From contig JBPRGF010000024.1 in the NCBI GenBank assembly GCA_051418015.1, forward strand, positions 1-64,000: DNA of 64,000 nucleotides, given 5' to 3'. The position numbers and the translations under genes were made by a program. Position 1 is the first letter of the stretch. Each line of letters opens with the position of its first letter. The notes under the pieces are model-generated. The model saw only the letters and a program-made list of their open reading frames with translations. It was not told where the DNA came from and did no database searches. This document shows, in pieces, positions 36,101-45,608 of the stretch. The stretch comes from Candidatus Nitrospinota bacterium M3_3B_026 (GTDB lineage: Bacteria > Nitrospinota_A > UBA7883 > JBPRGF01).

Positions 36101-37464
36101 TGGAGAACGTGGACACCGTGAAATTCGCGAAAAAGAAGCTCTCCGCCGAGGCCGCTGTCGCGCGCTCCGGCGCCGGGGCCAACGGGAACGGGGCGAAGAC
36201 CCGCGCCGCCGGGACGAACGGAAGGAACGGAAGGAACGGAAGGAACGGGAAGAGCGGCTACGGGCGCGTCCTTTACCTGCCTTACATGTGCGACCATGGC
36301 TACATTCTCGCCGCGGCGCTTCGCAAGTCCGGGATCGCCGCCGAGGCGCTGCCTGTCTCCGACCAGGAGTCGCTGGACATCGGGCTTCGCTTCTCCAGCG
36401 GCAAGGAGTGCATCCCCTACGCCATAACCACCGGCGACATCGTGAAGAAGACCCGGGAGAAGGGGTTCGATCCGGACGGGTCCGCCTTCTTCATGCCGAC
36501 GACCAGCGGGCCCTGCCGGTTCGGCCAGTACCAGAGCACGCAGCGGCTGGCGCTGGACAGCCTGGGGCTCTCAAAGGTTCCCCTCCTTTCGCCGGACGGG
36601 GACAAAGGCTATGACGAGAGCAAGGAGCTCGGTCTTTCCGTGAGCTTTCGCAGGGACACCTGGCGGGGCGTTGTGGTGGTGGACATCCTGCAGAAGCTCT
36701 TGCATGAGACGCGGCCTTACGAGGTGAACAAGGGCGAGACGGAGAGTGTGTACCAGGAGCTGCTGGACGAGACGGCGAGGATAGTGGAGCGCGGCAGCGC
36801 AGGGCTGTTCGAGTTCGTCAACGTGATCCGGGACAGGTTCCGCGCCATCCCGGTGGAGAAGGTCCGCCGCCCCGTCATAGGAGTCCTGGGGGAGATATAC
36901 ATGCGGAGCCACCGCTTCGGCAACCGGGACATAATCCGGAGGATCGAGGACCTCGGCGGGGAGGCGTGGCTTTCGCCCATCGGGGAGTGGATTTTGTACT
37001 GCACCGACAGGTACATAGCCAACTCCTGGAAGGACAAAAAATATCTTGACCTGTTCAAGGGTTACATGCAGGATAGAATCCAGAAAAAAGAGGAGCGCCG
37101 GCTCTACGAACCGTTCCGCGACACCCTGGTCAACGGGGAGGACGCGGCCACGTCCGAGATACTTAAAAACGCCTCGCCCTACATGAGCGATGCGTTCGAG
37201 GGGGAGGCGATATTGAGCGTCGGCAAGGCCGTGGAGTTCGCCGAGCGCGGTCTTTCCGGCGTGGTGAATATCATGCCGTTCACCTGCATGCCCGGGACGA
37301 TCGTGGCGGCCATATCCAAAAAGGTCCGCGAGGATTATAATAATATCCCCTGGCTGAACCTGGATTACGACGGTGTGGAAGACACCGGCTCCCAGGTTCG
37401 CCTGGAGGCTTTCATGTACCAGGCGTCGCAATACGGCGCGCAGGTTAAAGAATCTGTGGTTTGA
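33133..37464 (+). CDS. Large acyl-CoA dehydratase activase fusion (two BadF/BcrAD ASKHA domains plus DUF2229 / dehydratase-like domains)
   Basis: Two DIGS..EMGGEDSK/EIGGQDSK..CAAGTGSF modules; ETCFPVK, FKCGPD, GPCRFG, PFTCMP. Confidence 0.92.
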   Translation: MSEPRGEKVWLGLDIGSVSVKGAAVDAGNNILKTVYTRSSGQPVNTTIRVLKELLDAVDGREVGRLGVTGTAGELISSLTGGVFINEIVAQSRTVATLYPHVRTLVEMGGEDSKLLFFKEEEGETVLEDFSMNNLCAAGTGSFLDQQASRMGYSIEGEFGQMALKSKKPPRIAGRCSVFAKSDMIHLQQIGAPDYDIIAGLCYAVARSFKGNVGRGKKFEKPVAFFGGVASNAGVVAALADELEIGLDELFIPPEKAVTGAIGSALASREEVGEFEFRGVEGLSNYQAARDAARAVMKPLTGEKNDESYTTHTRRLNGGPEKTPCYIGIDIGSLSTNVVAVDKDLNVLARRYLRTQSRPIQAVTRGLKEIGDEIGGRVEVLGVGTTGSGRYMIGDFVGADVVRNEITAQATAAIHFVPGVDTIFEIGGQDSKYISVENGAVVDFEMNKVCAAGTGSFIEEQAEKIDLNIEKEFSDTAFRSGAPGKFGDRCTVFMESDLVSNQQKGMSKEDLAAGLAYSIVSNYINRVVGHRRIGQRILFQGGVAWNKAVVSAFEAITGKKVEVPPHHDVTGAIGAAMIARKHHEKSGFRAPTAFKGFDLTRRKYKVTTFECKACENVCDVSRVKFDGEASYYGARCELFEKGAKKKKSEKETLPDLFAERERMIFGDYLDRKKPGRDGRPVVGVPRALFGYELFPFWSALLEELGVEVILSGRTSQRVIRDSIEKVKAETCFPVKIVHGHVADLVDKGVDYIFLPSIITANEKGTKFRQSHTCPMVQSIPFVIKAAMDVGRSGAKLLEPAVHFQRGDDFVARELADMFKKEFGTPFRKVKTAVKKARAAQNRFYAGLKKRGREVMDEVKAKGGRPVVIISRPYNGCDSGINLDLPRKLKEMGKVAVPMDCLELSEDSVIRTNPDMYWRSGQRMLAAADVIREDSGLDAIFISNFKCGPDSFIQYHLREKLGGKPVLSLELDEHSADAGAVTRLEAFFDSLENVDTVKFAKKKLSAEAAVARSGAGANGNGAKTRAAGTNGRNGRNGRNGKSGYGRVLYLPYMCDHGYILAAALRKSGIAAEALPVSDQESLDIGLRFSSGKECIPYAITTGDIVKKTREKGFDPDGSAFFMPTTSGPCRFGQYQSTQRLALDSLGLSKVPLLSPDGDKGYDESKELGLSVSFRRDTWRGVVVVDILQKLLHETRPYEVNKGETESVYQELLDETARIVERGSAGLFEFVNVIRDRFRAIPVEKVRRPVIGVLGEIYMRSHRFGNRDIIRRIEDLGGEAWLSPIGEWILYCTDRYIANSWKDKKYLDLFKGYMQDRIQKKEERRLYEPFRDTLVNGEDAATSEILKNASPYMSDAFEGEAILSVGKAVEFAERGLSGVVNIMPFTCMPGTIVAAISKKVREDYNNIPWLNLDYDGVEDTGSQVRLEAFMYQASQYGAQVKESVV
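36217..36252 (+). repeat. In-frame 9-bp tandem repeat (AACGGAAGG)x3 plus 1 variant, encoding NGRNGRNGRNGK
   Basis: Seen directly, in the interdomain linker of the activase. Confidence 0.9.
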
Positions 37465-37474
37465 TCGTTGTTAA

Positions 37475-37741
<267 letters not shown>

Positions 37742-37867
37742 CGGCGGGTTTTCGCGGCTCTCGCGGCCGCGGTAACGAAGACTCCCCGCTCGCACGCCGC
37801 GGCGGGGAGTTCAAGTTATCTTTCCGCGGATCCGATATTCCGTTTATACGATGATTGGAGCCCGGAG

Positions 37868-38119
37868 ATGGATTTGTCGTTGCTGGGGGACGCCATAAGG
37901 CTGGTCATGGCCGCCGAGTACGCCTTCGCGGCCGTGGCCGGCGCGGCGGCGGCGGTTCACGTTGTCGCCATGGACGCCGAGCTGAGAAAACACGCCAGGG
38001 AGCAAAAACAGATGCTGGACGGGTTCCGCGAGGCGATGGAGGCGAAGGCCGCCGAAAGAGAAAGCAAACGCCGGGCCCGCCTGGCGGCGGCTATAGCGGC
38101 CGAGATCGGCGGCGCTTGA
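37868..38119 (+). CDS. Small hypothetical membrane-anchored protein
   Basis: 83 aa, GGAG RBS, hydrophobic N-terminus, AAAIAA tail weakly like OadG. Confidence 0.55.
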   Translation: MDLSLLGDAIRLVMAAEYAFAAVAGAAAAVHVVAMDAELRKHAREQKQMLDGFREAMEAKAAERESKRRARLAAAIAAEIGGA

Positions 38120-38129
38120 GGCTCCCCGA

Positions 38130-38576
38130 ATGAAACGCGCCTCGGCCAGGGCTCTTGGCGCCCTCCTGGCCTTCGCCCTCGTCCATCCGCAGGCGGCCGT
38201 GGCGGCGGCGGTCTCGTTCACCGAGGCCGATGATCCAGTGACCATCACCGTGGAGCTTGCCACGACACCGGAGCGGTGGGCGAGGGGCCTGATGTTCCGC
38301 GAGTCTTTGGCGCCCGGCTCCGGCATGTTCTTCATCTTCCCGCGGGAGGAGCGCAGGACTTTCTGGATGAAGAACGTTCGTTTTCCCCTGGATATCATCT
38401 TTCTGGACAGCGGGTACGTGATAAGAAATATCTTCGAGTCCGCTCCCCCTTGCGCCGCCGAGCCCTGCGAGCGGTACCGTTCCGGCTCCCCAGCGCGCTA
38501 CGTCCTGGAGACGCCGGGTGGTTTTTGCGCCAGTCACGGCGTGCGGGAGGGGCAGAAAGTGGAGTTCGAAAGATGA
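38130..38576 (+). CDS. DUF192 family exported protein
   Basis: RGLMFR, GMFFIF, FWMKNVRFPLDIIF, YVLE. Confidence 0.92.
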   Translation: MKRASARALGALLAFALVHPQAAVAAAVSFTEADDPVTITVELATTPERWARGLMFRESLAPGSGMFFIFPREERRTFWMKNVRFPLDIIFLDSGYVIRNIFESAPPCAAEPCERYRSGSPARYVLETPGGFCASHGVREGQKVEFER

Positions 38577-38866
38577 AAAAGACTCTGGCGGCTCTGGCCG
38601 TCCTTTTCGCGTTTGCGCTTTTTTCAGGTTGCGCCACGCCGTCCCTGGGCGTGGAGCATCCCCACGCCATCACCGGAGAGAAGGTCGGCAAGGTAAAGAC
38701 AGGCGCCACCACCCGCGACGACCTGGACAGGATGTTCGGGGAACCGGAGATGAAGATACCCACACCCGAGGGGGTGAGCTATTTCTACAAGGATCTCAAC
38801 CTCAACTCGTTCTGGGCGCTTTTCAGCGACGACTGGATACTGATCGACTACGAGTGGTCGGACTGA
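38573..38866 (+). CDS. Small lipoprotein, BamE/SmpA-like
   Basis: Lipobox FSGC; GATTRDDLDRMFGEP; ATG at 38573. Confidence 0.75.
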   Translation: MKKTLAALAVLFAFALFSGCATPSLGVEHPHAITGEKVGKVKTGATTRDDLDRMFGEPEMKIPTPEGVSYFYKDLNLNSFWALFSDDWILIDYEWSD

Positions 38867-38978
38867 CGCGGTTTTTCGCGCCTTGTTTCCCCCCTGCTTG
38901 ACATCGCAAGCCGATGATTTTATGAATACATTTGATCAGAGCCTGAAGGTTATGTTTTTCCAGTTCCGGTGAATAGCC

Positions 38979-39962
38979 TTGATTAAAGCTGAGAACCTGA
39001 CGAAGCGGTACGGCGCCGTGACCGCCGTCGATAACATCACCTTCGAGATCGAAAAGGGGGAGATCGTCGGCTTCCTGGGGCCGAACGGCGCGGGGAAGAC
39101 CTCCACCATGCGCGTCCTCACTGGCTTCATGCCCCCCACGGAGGGGAGAGTGACCGTGGCCGGGTACGACGTGTTGAGGGATACCCTGCAGGTCAAGCGG
39201 CGGATAGGCTACCTGCCGGAGTCCACGCCCCTTTACACGGACATGTGCGTGGCGGAGTACCTTGACTTCGTCGGCGAGGTGAAGGGCCTGGGGCGCGCGG
39301 CGAGAAAGCGCAAGGTGGCCGAGGTCATGGACGCCGCGCACGTGGCGAACAGGGCCGGGTCGCTCATCGGGACGCTCTCCAAGGGATACCGCCAGCGGGT
39401 GGGGCTCGCCCAGGCGCTTATAAACGACCCGGAGGTTCTTGTCCTGGACGAGCCGACCATCGGCCTGGACCCGATGCAGATAACCGACATCCGCTCGCTG
39501 ATAAAGGAGCTTTCCGGCAGGCGCACGGTGATCCTGTCGAGCCACATCCTCCCCGAGGTGCAGATGATCTGCTCCCGGGTGATGATAATCAACAACGGCA
39601 GGCTCGTGGCCGCCGACACGACGGAGAACCTCGCCGGCAGGTTCAAAAGCGGCGGACGGTTCGTGGTGAAGCTCGAGGCGCCCGTGACCGAGGCGAGGGA
39701 GGCCATCGAAAGGCTCCCCGGCGTGGAGGGCGTCACCCTGGGAGAGGCTCCGGCGGACGCGGGGGAAGGGGAGGCGCTCGTCATCTACAACGTGGACACC
39801 ACCGGCGGCAAAGAGCCCAGAAAGGCCCTTGTGCGCCTCGTGGCGGAGAAGGGGTGGGACCTGGTGGAGCTTGCGGAGCCTTCGCTTTCCCTCGAGGAGG
39901 TATACATCAAGCTTGTCACCGAGGAGGGCGCCCCGGCGCGCGGGGAGGAGGCGTCATCATGA
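38979..39962 (+). CDS. ABC-2 transporter ATP-binding protein (GldA-like)
   Basis: GPNGAGKT, LSKGYRQRVGLAQA, LDEPT. Confidence 0.94.
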   Translation: MIKAENLTKRYGAVTAVDNITFEIEKGEIVGFLGPNGAGKTSTMRVLTGFMPPTEGRVTVAGYDVLRDTLQVKRRIGYLPESTPLYTDMCVAEYLDFVGEVKGLGRAARKRKVAEVMDAAHVANRAGSLIGTLSKGYRQRVGLAQALINDPEVLVLDEPTIGLDPMQITDIRSLIKELSGRRTVILSSHILPEVQMICSRVMIINNGRLVAADTTENLAGRFKSGGRFVVKLEAPVTEAREAIERLPGVEGVTLGEAPADAGEGEALVIYNVDTTGGKEPRKALVRLVAEKGWDLVELAEPSLSLEEVYIKLVTEEGAPARGEEASS

Positions 39963-40732
39963 CCGCGCTGGCCGTGATGAAAAGGGAGTTGAAGGCCTAT
40001 TTCTACTCTCCCATAGCCTACGCCGTGATGGTGATATTCCTTGTGATCTCGGGGTATTTTTTCTACTCCGGCATGACCTTCTACGGCGTGGCAAGCTTCG
40101 ATATGAGCCGCATGGCCCAGTTCACCGGCCAGCAGGAGTTGAGCCTTTCGGACTACGTTCTGCGGCCGCTTTTCGGGAACATGGCGGTTGTGCTGTTGCT
40201 GATGGCGCCGCTTCTCACGATGCGGCTTTTCTCCGAGGAGAAAAAAAGCGGCTCCATAGAGCTTCTTTTCACCTGGCCCATAAAGGACGGCGAGCTTCTG
40301 GTTGGCAAGTTCCTGGCCGCCGCCTCGGTCCTGGCCGTCATGCTGGCCGCCACCTGCGTCTACCTCGGGTTTGTCGCCTATTACGCCGCGATCCCATGGG
40401 GGGAGATAGCGGCGGGCTACCTGGGGCTTTTCCTGCTGGGGGCGGCGTTTATCTCGCTGGGGATATTCATATCCACGATGACCGAAAACCAGATCATCTC
40501 CGCCGCGGTTACCTTCGGCGCGCTGCTGATATTCTGGCTGATCGGGTGGACGGCGGGGGACAAGACGGACGCCTTCTCGGAGACGCTGAAGTACCTGTCC
40601 ATCCTGGAACATTTCGACCCTTTCACCAAGGGGCTTATCGACACCAGGGGTATCGTCTATTACCTGTCGTTCGCGTTCGTCTTCCTCTTCCTGACGATGA
40701 GGTCGCTGGAGTCGAACAAGTGGAGGGGGTAG
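39959..40732 (+). CDS. ABC-2 permease (GldF-like)
   Basis: ELKAYFYSPIAY, TMRLFSEEKKSGSIELL; ATG at 39959. Confidence 0.9.
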   Translation: MTALAVMKRELKAYFYSPIAYAVMVIFLVISGYFFYSGMTFYGVASFDMSRMAQFTGQQELSLSDYVLRPLFGNMAVVLLLMAPLLTMRLFSEEKKSGSIELLFTWPIKDGELLVGKFLAAASVLAVMLAATCVYLGFVAYYAAIPWGEIAAGYLGLFLLGAAFISLGIFISTMTENQIISAAVTFGALLIFWLIGWTAGDKTDAFSETLKYLSILEHFDPFTKGLIDTRGIVYYLSFAFVFLFLTMRSLESNKWRG

Positions 40733-40733
40733 C

Positions 40734-42101
40734 ATGAGGCGACGTCTGGCGCTCGGCTCCAACACCGTGGTTTTCGCCGCGGTGGTGGTGGGGATCGTTG
40801 TCGTGTTGAACTTCGTCTCCGCGGAGCATTACAAAAAGTTCGACATGACCTCGGCGGAGGTGTACACCCTCTCACCGCAAAGCAAAAAAGCCCTCGCCGC
40901 CCTCGAGGAGGACATGACGATATACGCCTTCGTCAGGCCGGAGAACAGGCGCGCCTTCCTCGACCTGCTCGACCAGTACGCCTACGGATCCGGCAGGGTG
41001 ACCCTGGAGGCCGTCGACCCGGACAAAAGGCCCGGCCTCGCCCGCAGGCTCAAGGTCCAGAACTACGGGACCATCGTTGTGGAGACGGCCTCGGGCCGTA
41101 GGGAGACGACGGAGGAGCTTTCGGAAGAGGCGGTGACGAACGCCATCATCAACGCGTCCACCGCTGATGTGAAGAAGATATACGTCCTCACCGGCCACGA
41201 GGAAAGGCCGCTGGACGACGAAAACCCCCTCGGCTGGTCGGCGGCCCGCGAGGCGCTGGAGGCGGCCGCCTACGAGGTGGAGAGTTTGGACTGGTTCTCC
41301 ACCGGCGGGATACCGGAGGACGCTGACCTGCTGATAATCCCCGGCCCGAAAAGCGATTTTCGCAAAGAGGAGATAGACCAGCTGAGAGAAAGGCTTGAGG
41401 CGGGCGGCGCGACCTTCATAACGCTCGATCCCGGACGGCTTGAGAACATCGAAAAACTCCTGGCCGGGTACGGGTTCCTGCTGCATGACGACATGGTGCT
41501 CGACCCTCTGAGCCAGCGGCTTGGGTTCGACCCGCTCGTGGCGACGGTCACGAAATACGAAAGCCACCCCGTGGTGGAAGGCTTCCGGGCGGCGACGTTT
41601 TTTCCCGTGGCGCGCTCCATGGATCTCAAAAGCAACCCCTCCAGGGATGTGAAGGCGATCGGGCGGACGGGCGTCCAGAGCTGGGGCGAGACGGACGTCG
41701 ATTCCATCGAGCAGGGGAGCCCTGAGTACAGGGAGGGGGACGACCTGCCCGGCCCCAGGGTCATAGCCGCCTCGGCGGAGTGGGAGACGGGCCCGCCGAA
41801 GGAGGAGCGGAAAATCGGCGAGAAGGTCAAAAAGGCCCGGTTTGTCGTGGTGGGGGATTCTGACTTCGCCGCGAACTCCACCCTCGGGTTCTCCGGCAAC
41901 AAGGATCTTTTCCTGAACATCGCGGGATGGCTGCTGGAGCAGGAGGAGCGCGTCTCCATACGGCCGAAGACAAGAGGCTTCAACCCGATAATGTTCACCT
42001 CCGGGGAGCTTAAGCTCATATTCTGGGTGACGGTGGTGGCCGTTCCCGCGCTCGTCGTCGCGGCCGGCGTGGCGGTCAGGATAATCAGGAGGAGGGCTTG
42101 A
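40734..42101 (+). CDS. GldG-like ABC auxiliary protein
   Basis: DMTSAEVYTLS, TGHEE, GDSDF, NKDLFLN. Confidence 0.88.
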   Translation: MRRRLALGSNTVVFAAVVVGIVVVLNFVSAEHYKKFDMTSAEVYTLSPQSKKALAALEEDMTIYAFVRPENRRAFLDLLDQYAYGSGRVTLEAVDPDKRPGLARRLKVQNYGTIVVETASGRRETTEELSEEAVTNAIINASTADVKKIYVLTGHEERPLDDENPLGWSAAREALEAAAYEVESLDWFSTGGIPEDADLLIIPGPKSDFRKEEIDQLRERLEAGGATFITLDPGRLENIEKLLAGYGFLLHDDMVLDPLSQRLGFDPLVATVTKYESHPVVEGFRAATFFPVARSMDLKSNPSRDVKAIGRTGVQSWGETDVDSIEQGSPEYREGDDLPGPRVIAASAEWETGPPKEERKIGEKVKKARFVVVGDSDFAANSTLGFSGNKDLFLNIAGWLLEQEERVSIRPKTRGFNPIMFTSGELKLIFWVTVVAVPALVVAAGVAVRIIRRRA

Positions 42102-43873
42102 GCTGGATACGTGTTTTCCTGGCGGTCCTGGTTCTCGCGCTCCTTGGCGGGGCGTATTATTACTTCGACTACCTGGGGGCGGGGAAAGAGCCCGAAGAAA
42201 CGGGTGAAAGGCTGCTCGGCGCGCCGAAGGAGAAGATCACCTCCATCACCATAGACAGGCCGGGTGAGGAGCGGATAAGGCTCAAGAAGGCGGAGGAGGG
42301 CTGGCGTCTCGTCGAGCCCGTCGAGGCGAAGGCGGACACTGGCGCCGTGAAGCTCGCTCTGGAGGACGCGGAGCTGATGAACGAGGACAAGGTTATAGAA
42401 GGCGCAGCGGACCTTTCCGAGTTCGGGCTGGATGATCCCGTGACCCTGACCTTCGCCATGGAGAACGGCGCCGAGCGCGTCGTCAGAATCGGGGGGCTCA
42501 ACCCAATGGGGGATCATTATTACGTCATGGGCCGCGGGGAGGGCGAGGTCGTTCTGGTGAGCCGGTACGACGTTGATGACATCCTCAAAAACGTTTTTGA
42601 TTTCCGGGACAAGAAACTTTTCGCCTTTTCGGCCGGCGATGTGACGCGGCTTGTGATCGAGCGCGAAGGGGTGGCCGTGGCGGTGGAGGCGGGCGGGGAG
42701 GATGAAAAAGAGGACTGGCGCCTTGTCCTGCCCATCAAGGCGGATGCCGACGACGCCAAGGTGGAGAGTTTTGTCAGCGAGATCGCCGGCGCGAAAGCCG
42801 CGGGTTTCATCGACGAGAAGGGCGGCGAGTCTGAAAAATACGGCTTGGCGGAGCCGGGGATAAAGATCACCCTGAACGCGGGGAAGAAGAGCGAAACGCT
42901 CCTGGTGGGCGCGAAGACAGAAGGAGGCGGCTACCACGCGATGCTTTCCTCCTCCCCGGCGGTTTTCAGGATACCGCCCGGCTTTGTGGAGTCCCTGCCG
43001 GGTTCGGCGGCCGAGCTGCGCGACAAGTCCCTCGTTAAGGTCGACCGCGAGAAAGCGCGTGAAATCATAATCGAAAGACCCGATCAGAGGATAGTCCTGA
43101 AAGCCGCGGAGGAGGGGGAAGACCCCGTTACGCGATGGCGGCTTGTCGAGCCGATCGAGGCGAAGGCGGACGCCTCCGCCGTCAACGGTCTCATATTCGA
43201 CGTGGAGAGGGCGGAGGGCGTAAGGATCGCCGCCGAGGGGGACTATGACCCTTCGGATTACGGACTGGGCTCGCAGGCGGTGAAGGTTACCATAAAGACG
43301 GACAAGGATCACAAGGTCGTCCGGTTGGGGAAGACCGGCGAAGGCGGAACGGAAAAATATTACGCCGCGGCGGAAGGGGCGGATACTGTCCTTGAGATCG
43401 ACGAGGAGACATACGCCGCCTTGACGCCCGGCCTGGAGAAATTGCGTGACAGGAGGCTTTTCTCCGCCAGGGCGGACGAAGTGGGCAGGGTCGTGGTCGA
43501 GCGCGGAGGGCAGGTCTTCGAGGCGGCCACGGAGGGTGAGGACAGGTATCTTCTCAAGTCCCCTCGCGAGCGTGCGCTCACGGTACAGGGATGGAACGAA
43601 TTCGTGTGGGCTGTCCTCGGCCTCGAATTCGAGAAAGAGCCAGAGAAGGCCGAGACGCCCGCCCTCGGAGCCGGGTTCGACAGTCCGACCCTGAAGATAT
43701 CCGTCTATGGCCGTGAAGGCGCCCTTCGGGCCGAGGTTACGGTGGGCGCGAAGGTTGAGGGGGAGGACCGCTATTACGCTCGGGTTTCCACGGACGGCGG
43801 GATATACGAAATCCCCGGCGCGTTCGTCTCGGACAGGATGTATGGCGCGCTCGAGAGGCTTTTGGGAAGCTGA
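42098..43873 (+). CDS. DUF4340 repeat protein
   Basis: Three internal repeats of WRLVEP.EAKAD...YGL..P...LRD. Confidence 0.85.
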   Translation: MSWIRVFLAVLVLALLGGAYYYFDYLGAGKEPEETGERLLGAPKEKITSITIDRPGEERIRLKKAEEGWRLVEPVEAKADTGAVKLALEDAELMNEDKVIEGAADLSEFGLDDPVTLTFAMENGAERVVRIGGLNPMGDHYYVMGRGEGEVVLVSRYDVDDILKNVFDFRDKKLFAFSAGDVTRLVIEREGVAVAVEAGGEDEKEDWRLVLPIKADADDAKVESFVSEIAGAKAAGFIDEKGGESEKYGLAEPGIKITLNAGKKSETLLVGAKTEGGGYHAMLSSSPAVFRIPPGFVESLPGSAAELRDKSLVKVDREKAREIIIERPDQRIVLKAAEEGEDPVTRWRLVEPIEAKADASAVNGLIFDVERAEGVRIAAEGDYDPSDYGLGSQAVKVTIKTDKDHKVVRLGKTGEGGTEKYYAAAEGADTVLEIDEETYAALTPGLEKLRDRRLFSARADEVGRVVVERGGQVFEAATEGEDRYLLKSPRERALTVQGWNEFVWAVLGLEFEKEPEKAETPALGAGFDSPTLKISVYGREGALRAEVTVGAKVEGEDRYYARVSTDGGIYEIPGAFVSDRMYGALERLLGS

Positions 43874-43882
43874 GGCGGGAAG

Positions 43883-44467
43883 ATGGAAAAAGAGGAAAAG
43901 TCGAAAATAGAGTTCCACGACAAGCGCAGGATAAAGTCCGCCGACGATGCCCTCGGCGACGTCTCCGGGGCGGACTTGGAGAGGCTCCCCACCGCGTTGG
44001 AAAGGGTGATGGAGCAGGCCGCCCAGAGCGACGCGCGGCTGAAGGAGTACATCACCGCCAGCCGGGAGCGCATGGCGGAGCTGGACAAGGTGAGAAAGCG
44101 CCTGGAGGCGGACGCGGAAAAACGCGCCTTGACGAAGTTCGGCGAGATGCTGAAAGAGCTTTTCGGCTGCCTGGACGACTTCGACAGGGCGATCGGCCAG
44201 GCGGAGAAGACCCGCGGGGACGACCCGCTCCTTGAGGGGGTGCGCCTCATGCGCGAGGGCCTGTTCCGGGTGTTGACGGCGCATGGCCTGGAGGTGATAA
44301 ACTGTGCCGGAGAGCCCTTCGACCCGGAGCGCGCGCAGGCCATCGCCACGGAGCCGGTGGAGGACGAGTCCAAAGACAATATAGTGATAGAGCAGCTGGC
44401 CCCGGGCTACGCATTTGACGGGCGGGTCCTCCGCCCGGCCTTGGTCCGGGTGGGACAGAAGGCGTAA
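43883..44467 (+). CDS. grpE: Nucleotide exchange factor GrpE
   Basis: LDDFDRA, GEPFDP, GYAFDGRVLRPALVRV. Confidence 0.9.
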   Translation: MEKEEKSKIEFHDKRRIKSADDALGDVSGADLERLPTALERVMEQAAQSDARLKEYITASRERMAELDKVRKRLEADAEKRALTKFGEMLKELFGCLDDFDRAIGQAEKTRGDDPLLEGVRLMREGLFRVLTAHGLEVINCAGEPFDPERAQAIATEPVEDESKDNIVIEQLAPGYAFDGRVLRPALVRVGQKA

Positions 44468-44479
44468 CACAAGGAGAAC

Positions 44480-45583
44480 ATGATTAAACGCGACTACTAC
44501 GAGGTCCTCGGTGTCTCGATGGACGCCACGGAGACTGATATCAAGAAGGCTTACCGCAAGAAGGCCCACGAGTATCACCCGGACAGGAACCCGGACAACC
44601 CGGAGGCGGAGGAGGCGTTCAAGGAGGCCTCCGAGGCATACGAGGTCCTGCGTGATCCGGAGAAGAGGAGCCTCTACGACAGGTTCGGGCACGAGGGCCT
44701 GCGCAGGACCGGGTTCAGCGGCTTCCAGGGTTTCGAGGACATCTTTTCGAGCTTCGGCGACATATTCGAGGACTTTTTCGGATTCGGTGGCAGGCGCAGG
44801 CCGCGGCCGGGACAGCCCGCCAGGGGGGTGGACCTGCGCTACGACCTCGAGATAGATTTCATGGAGGCTGTCTTCGGCGCCGAGAAGGAGTTCGAGGTCG
44901 AAAAATACGTTACCTGTGACGCCTGCCACGGAAAGAAAAGCGAGCCCGGCTCATCCCCCGAGGTCTGCTCCGCCTGCGGCGGCAGCGGGAAGGTGACCCG
45001 CTCCCAGGGCTTTTTCGCTATATCCACTCCTTGCCCGAATTGTCACGGCGAGGGGGTGAGGATCACCAGGCCGTGCGGAAAATGCAGGGGGCAGGGACAG
45101 GTCATAGAACGTAAGAGACTTGCGGTGAAAGCGCCCGCTGGCGTGGACACCGGCTCCAAGCTGCGCCTGAGAGGGGAGGGCGAGCCGGGACAGTACGGCG
45201 GCCCGCCGGGCGACCTTTACGTCGTCCTGCATGTCCGGGAACACGAGGTTTTCAAGAGGAGGGGCGACGACGTGATCCAGACCGTCCCGATAACTTTCCC
45301 CCAGGCCGCTCTCGGCGCGGAGCTTAAAATACCCTCGCTCGAGGGGGAGACGGACCTTGCGATCCCGCCTGGAGCGCAGTCGGAGACCATAATCCGCCTG
45401 GCGGGACAGGGCGTCCACCATCTTCGCTCCTACGGCCGCGGCGACATGCTTGTCCGAGTTGTTGTGGAAACCCCCGGTAAACTCACCAGGCGCCAGGAGG
45501 AGCTTTACAGGGAGCTGGCGGAGATCGAAGGGACGAAAGTCCGCCCCGCCCACAAGAGCTTTTTCGAAAAGCTGATGAAATGA
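44480..45583 (+). CDS. dnaJ: Molecular chaperone DnaJ
   Basis: J domain with HPD, G/F region, four CxxCxGxG-type repeats. Confidence 0.97.
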   Translation: MIKRDYYEVLGVSMDATETDIKKAYRKKAHEYHPDRNPDNPEAEEAFKEASEAYEVLRDPEKRSLYDRFGHEGLRRTGFSGFQGFEDIFSSFGDIFEDFFGFGGRRRPRPGQPARGVDLRYDLEIDFMEAVFGAEKEFEVEKYVTCDACHGKKSEPGSSPEVCSACGGSGKVTRSQGFFAISTPCPNCHGEGVRITRPCGKCRGQGQVIERKRLAVKAPAGVDTGSKLRLRGEGEPGQYGGPPGDLYVVLHVREHEVFKRRGDDVIQTVPITFPQAALGAELKIPSLEGETDLAIPPGAQSETIIRLAGQGVHHLRSYGRGDMLVRVVVETPGKLTRRQEELYRELAEIEGTKVRPAHKSFFEKLMK

Positions 45584-45608
45584 GGCGCGCCTGGCGCCTT
45601 TGTCCGTC

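Noticed and set aside
41270..44929. 1219-aa minus-strand ORF
   Set aside because: Antisense shadow of the gldG-like, DUF4340, grpE and dnaJ genes in GC-rich DNA; no recognisable motifs
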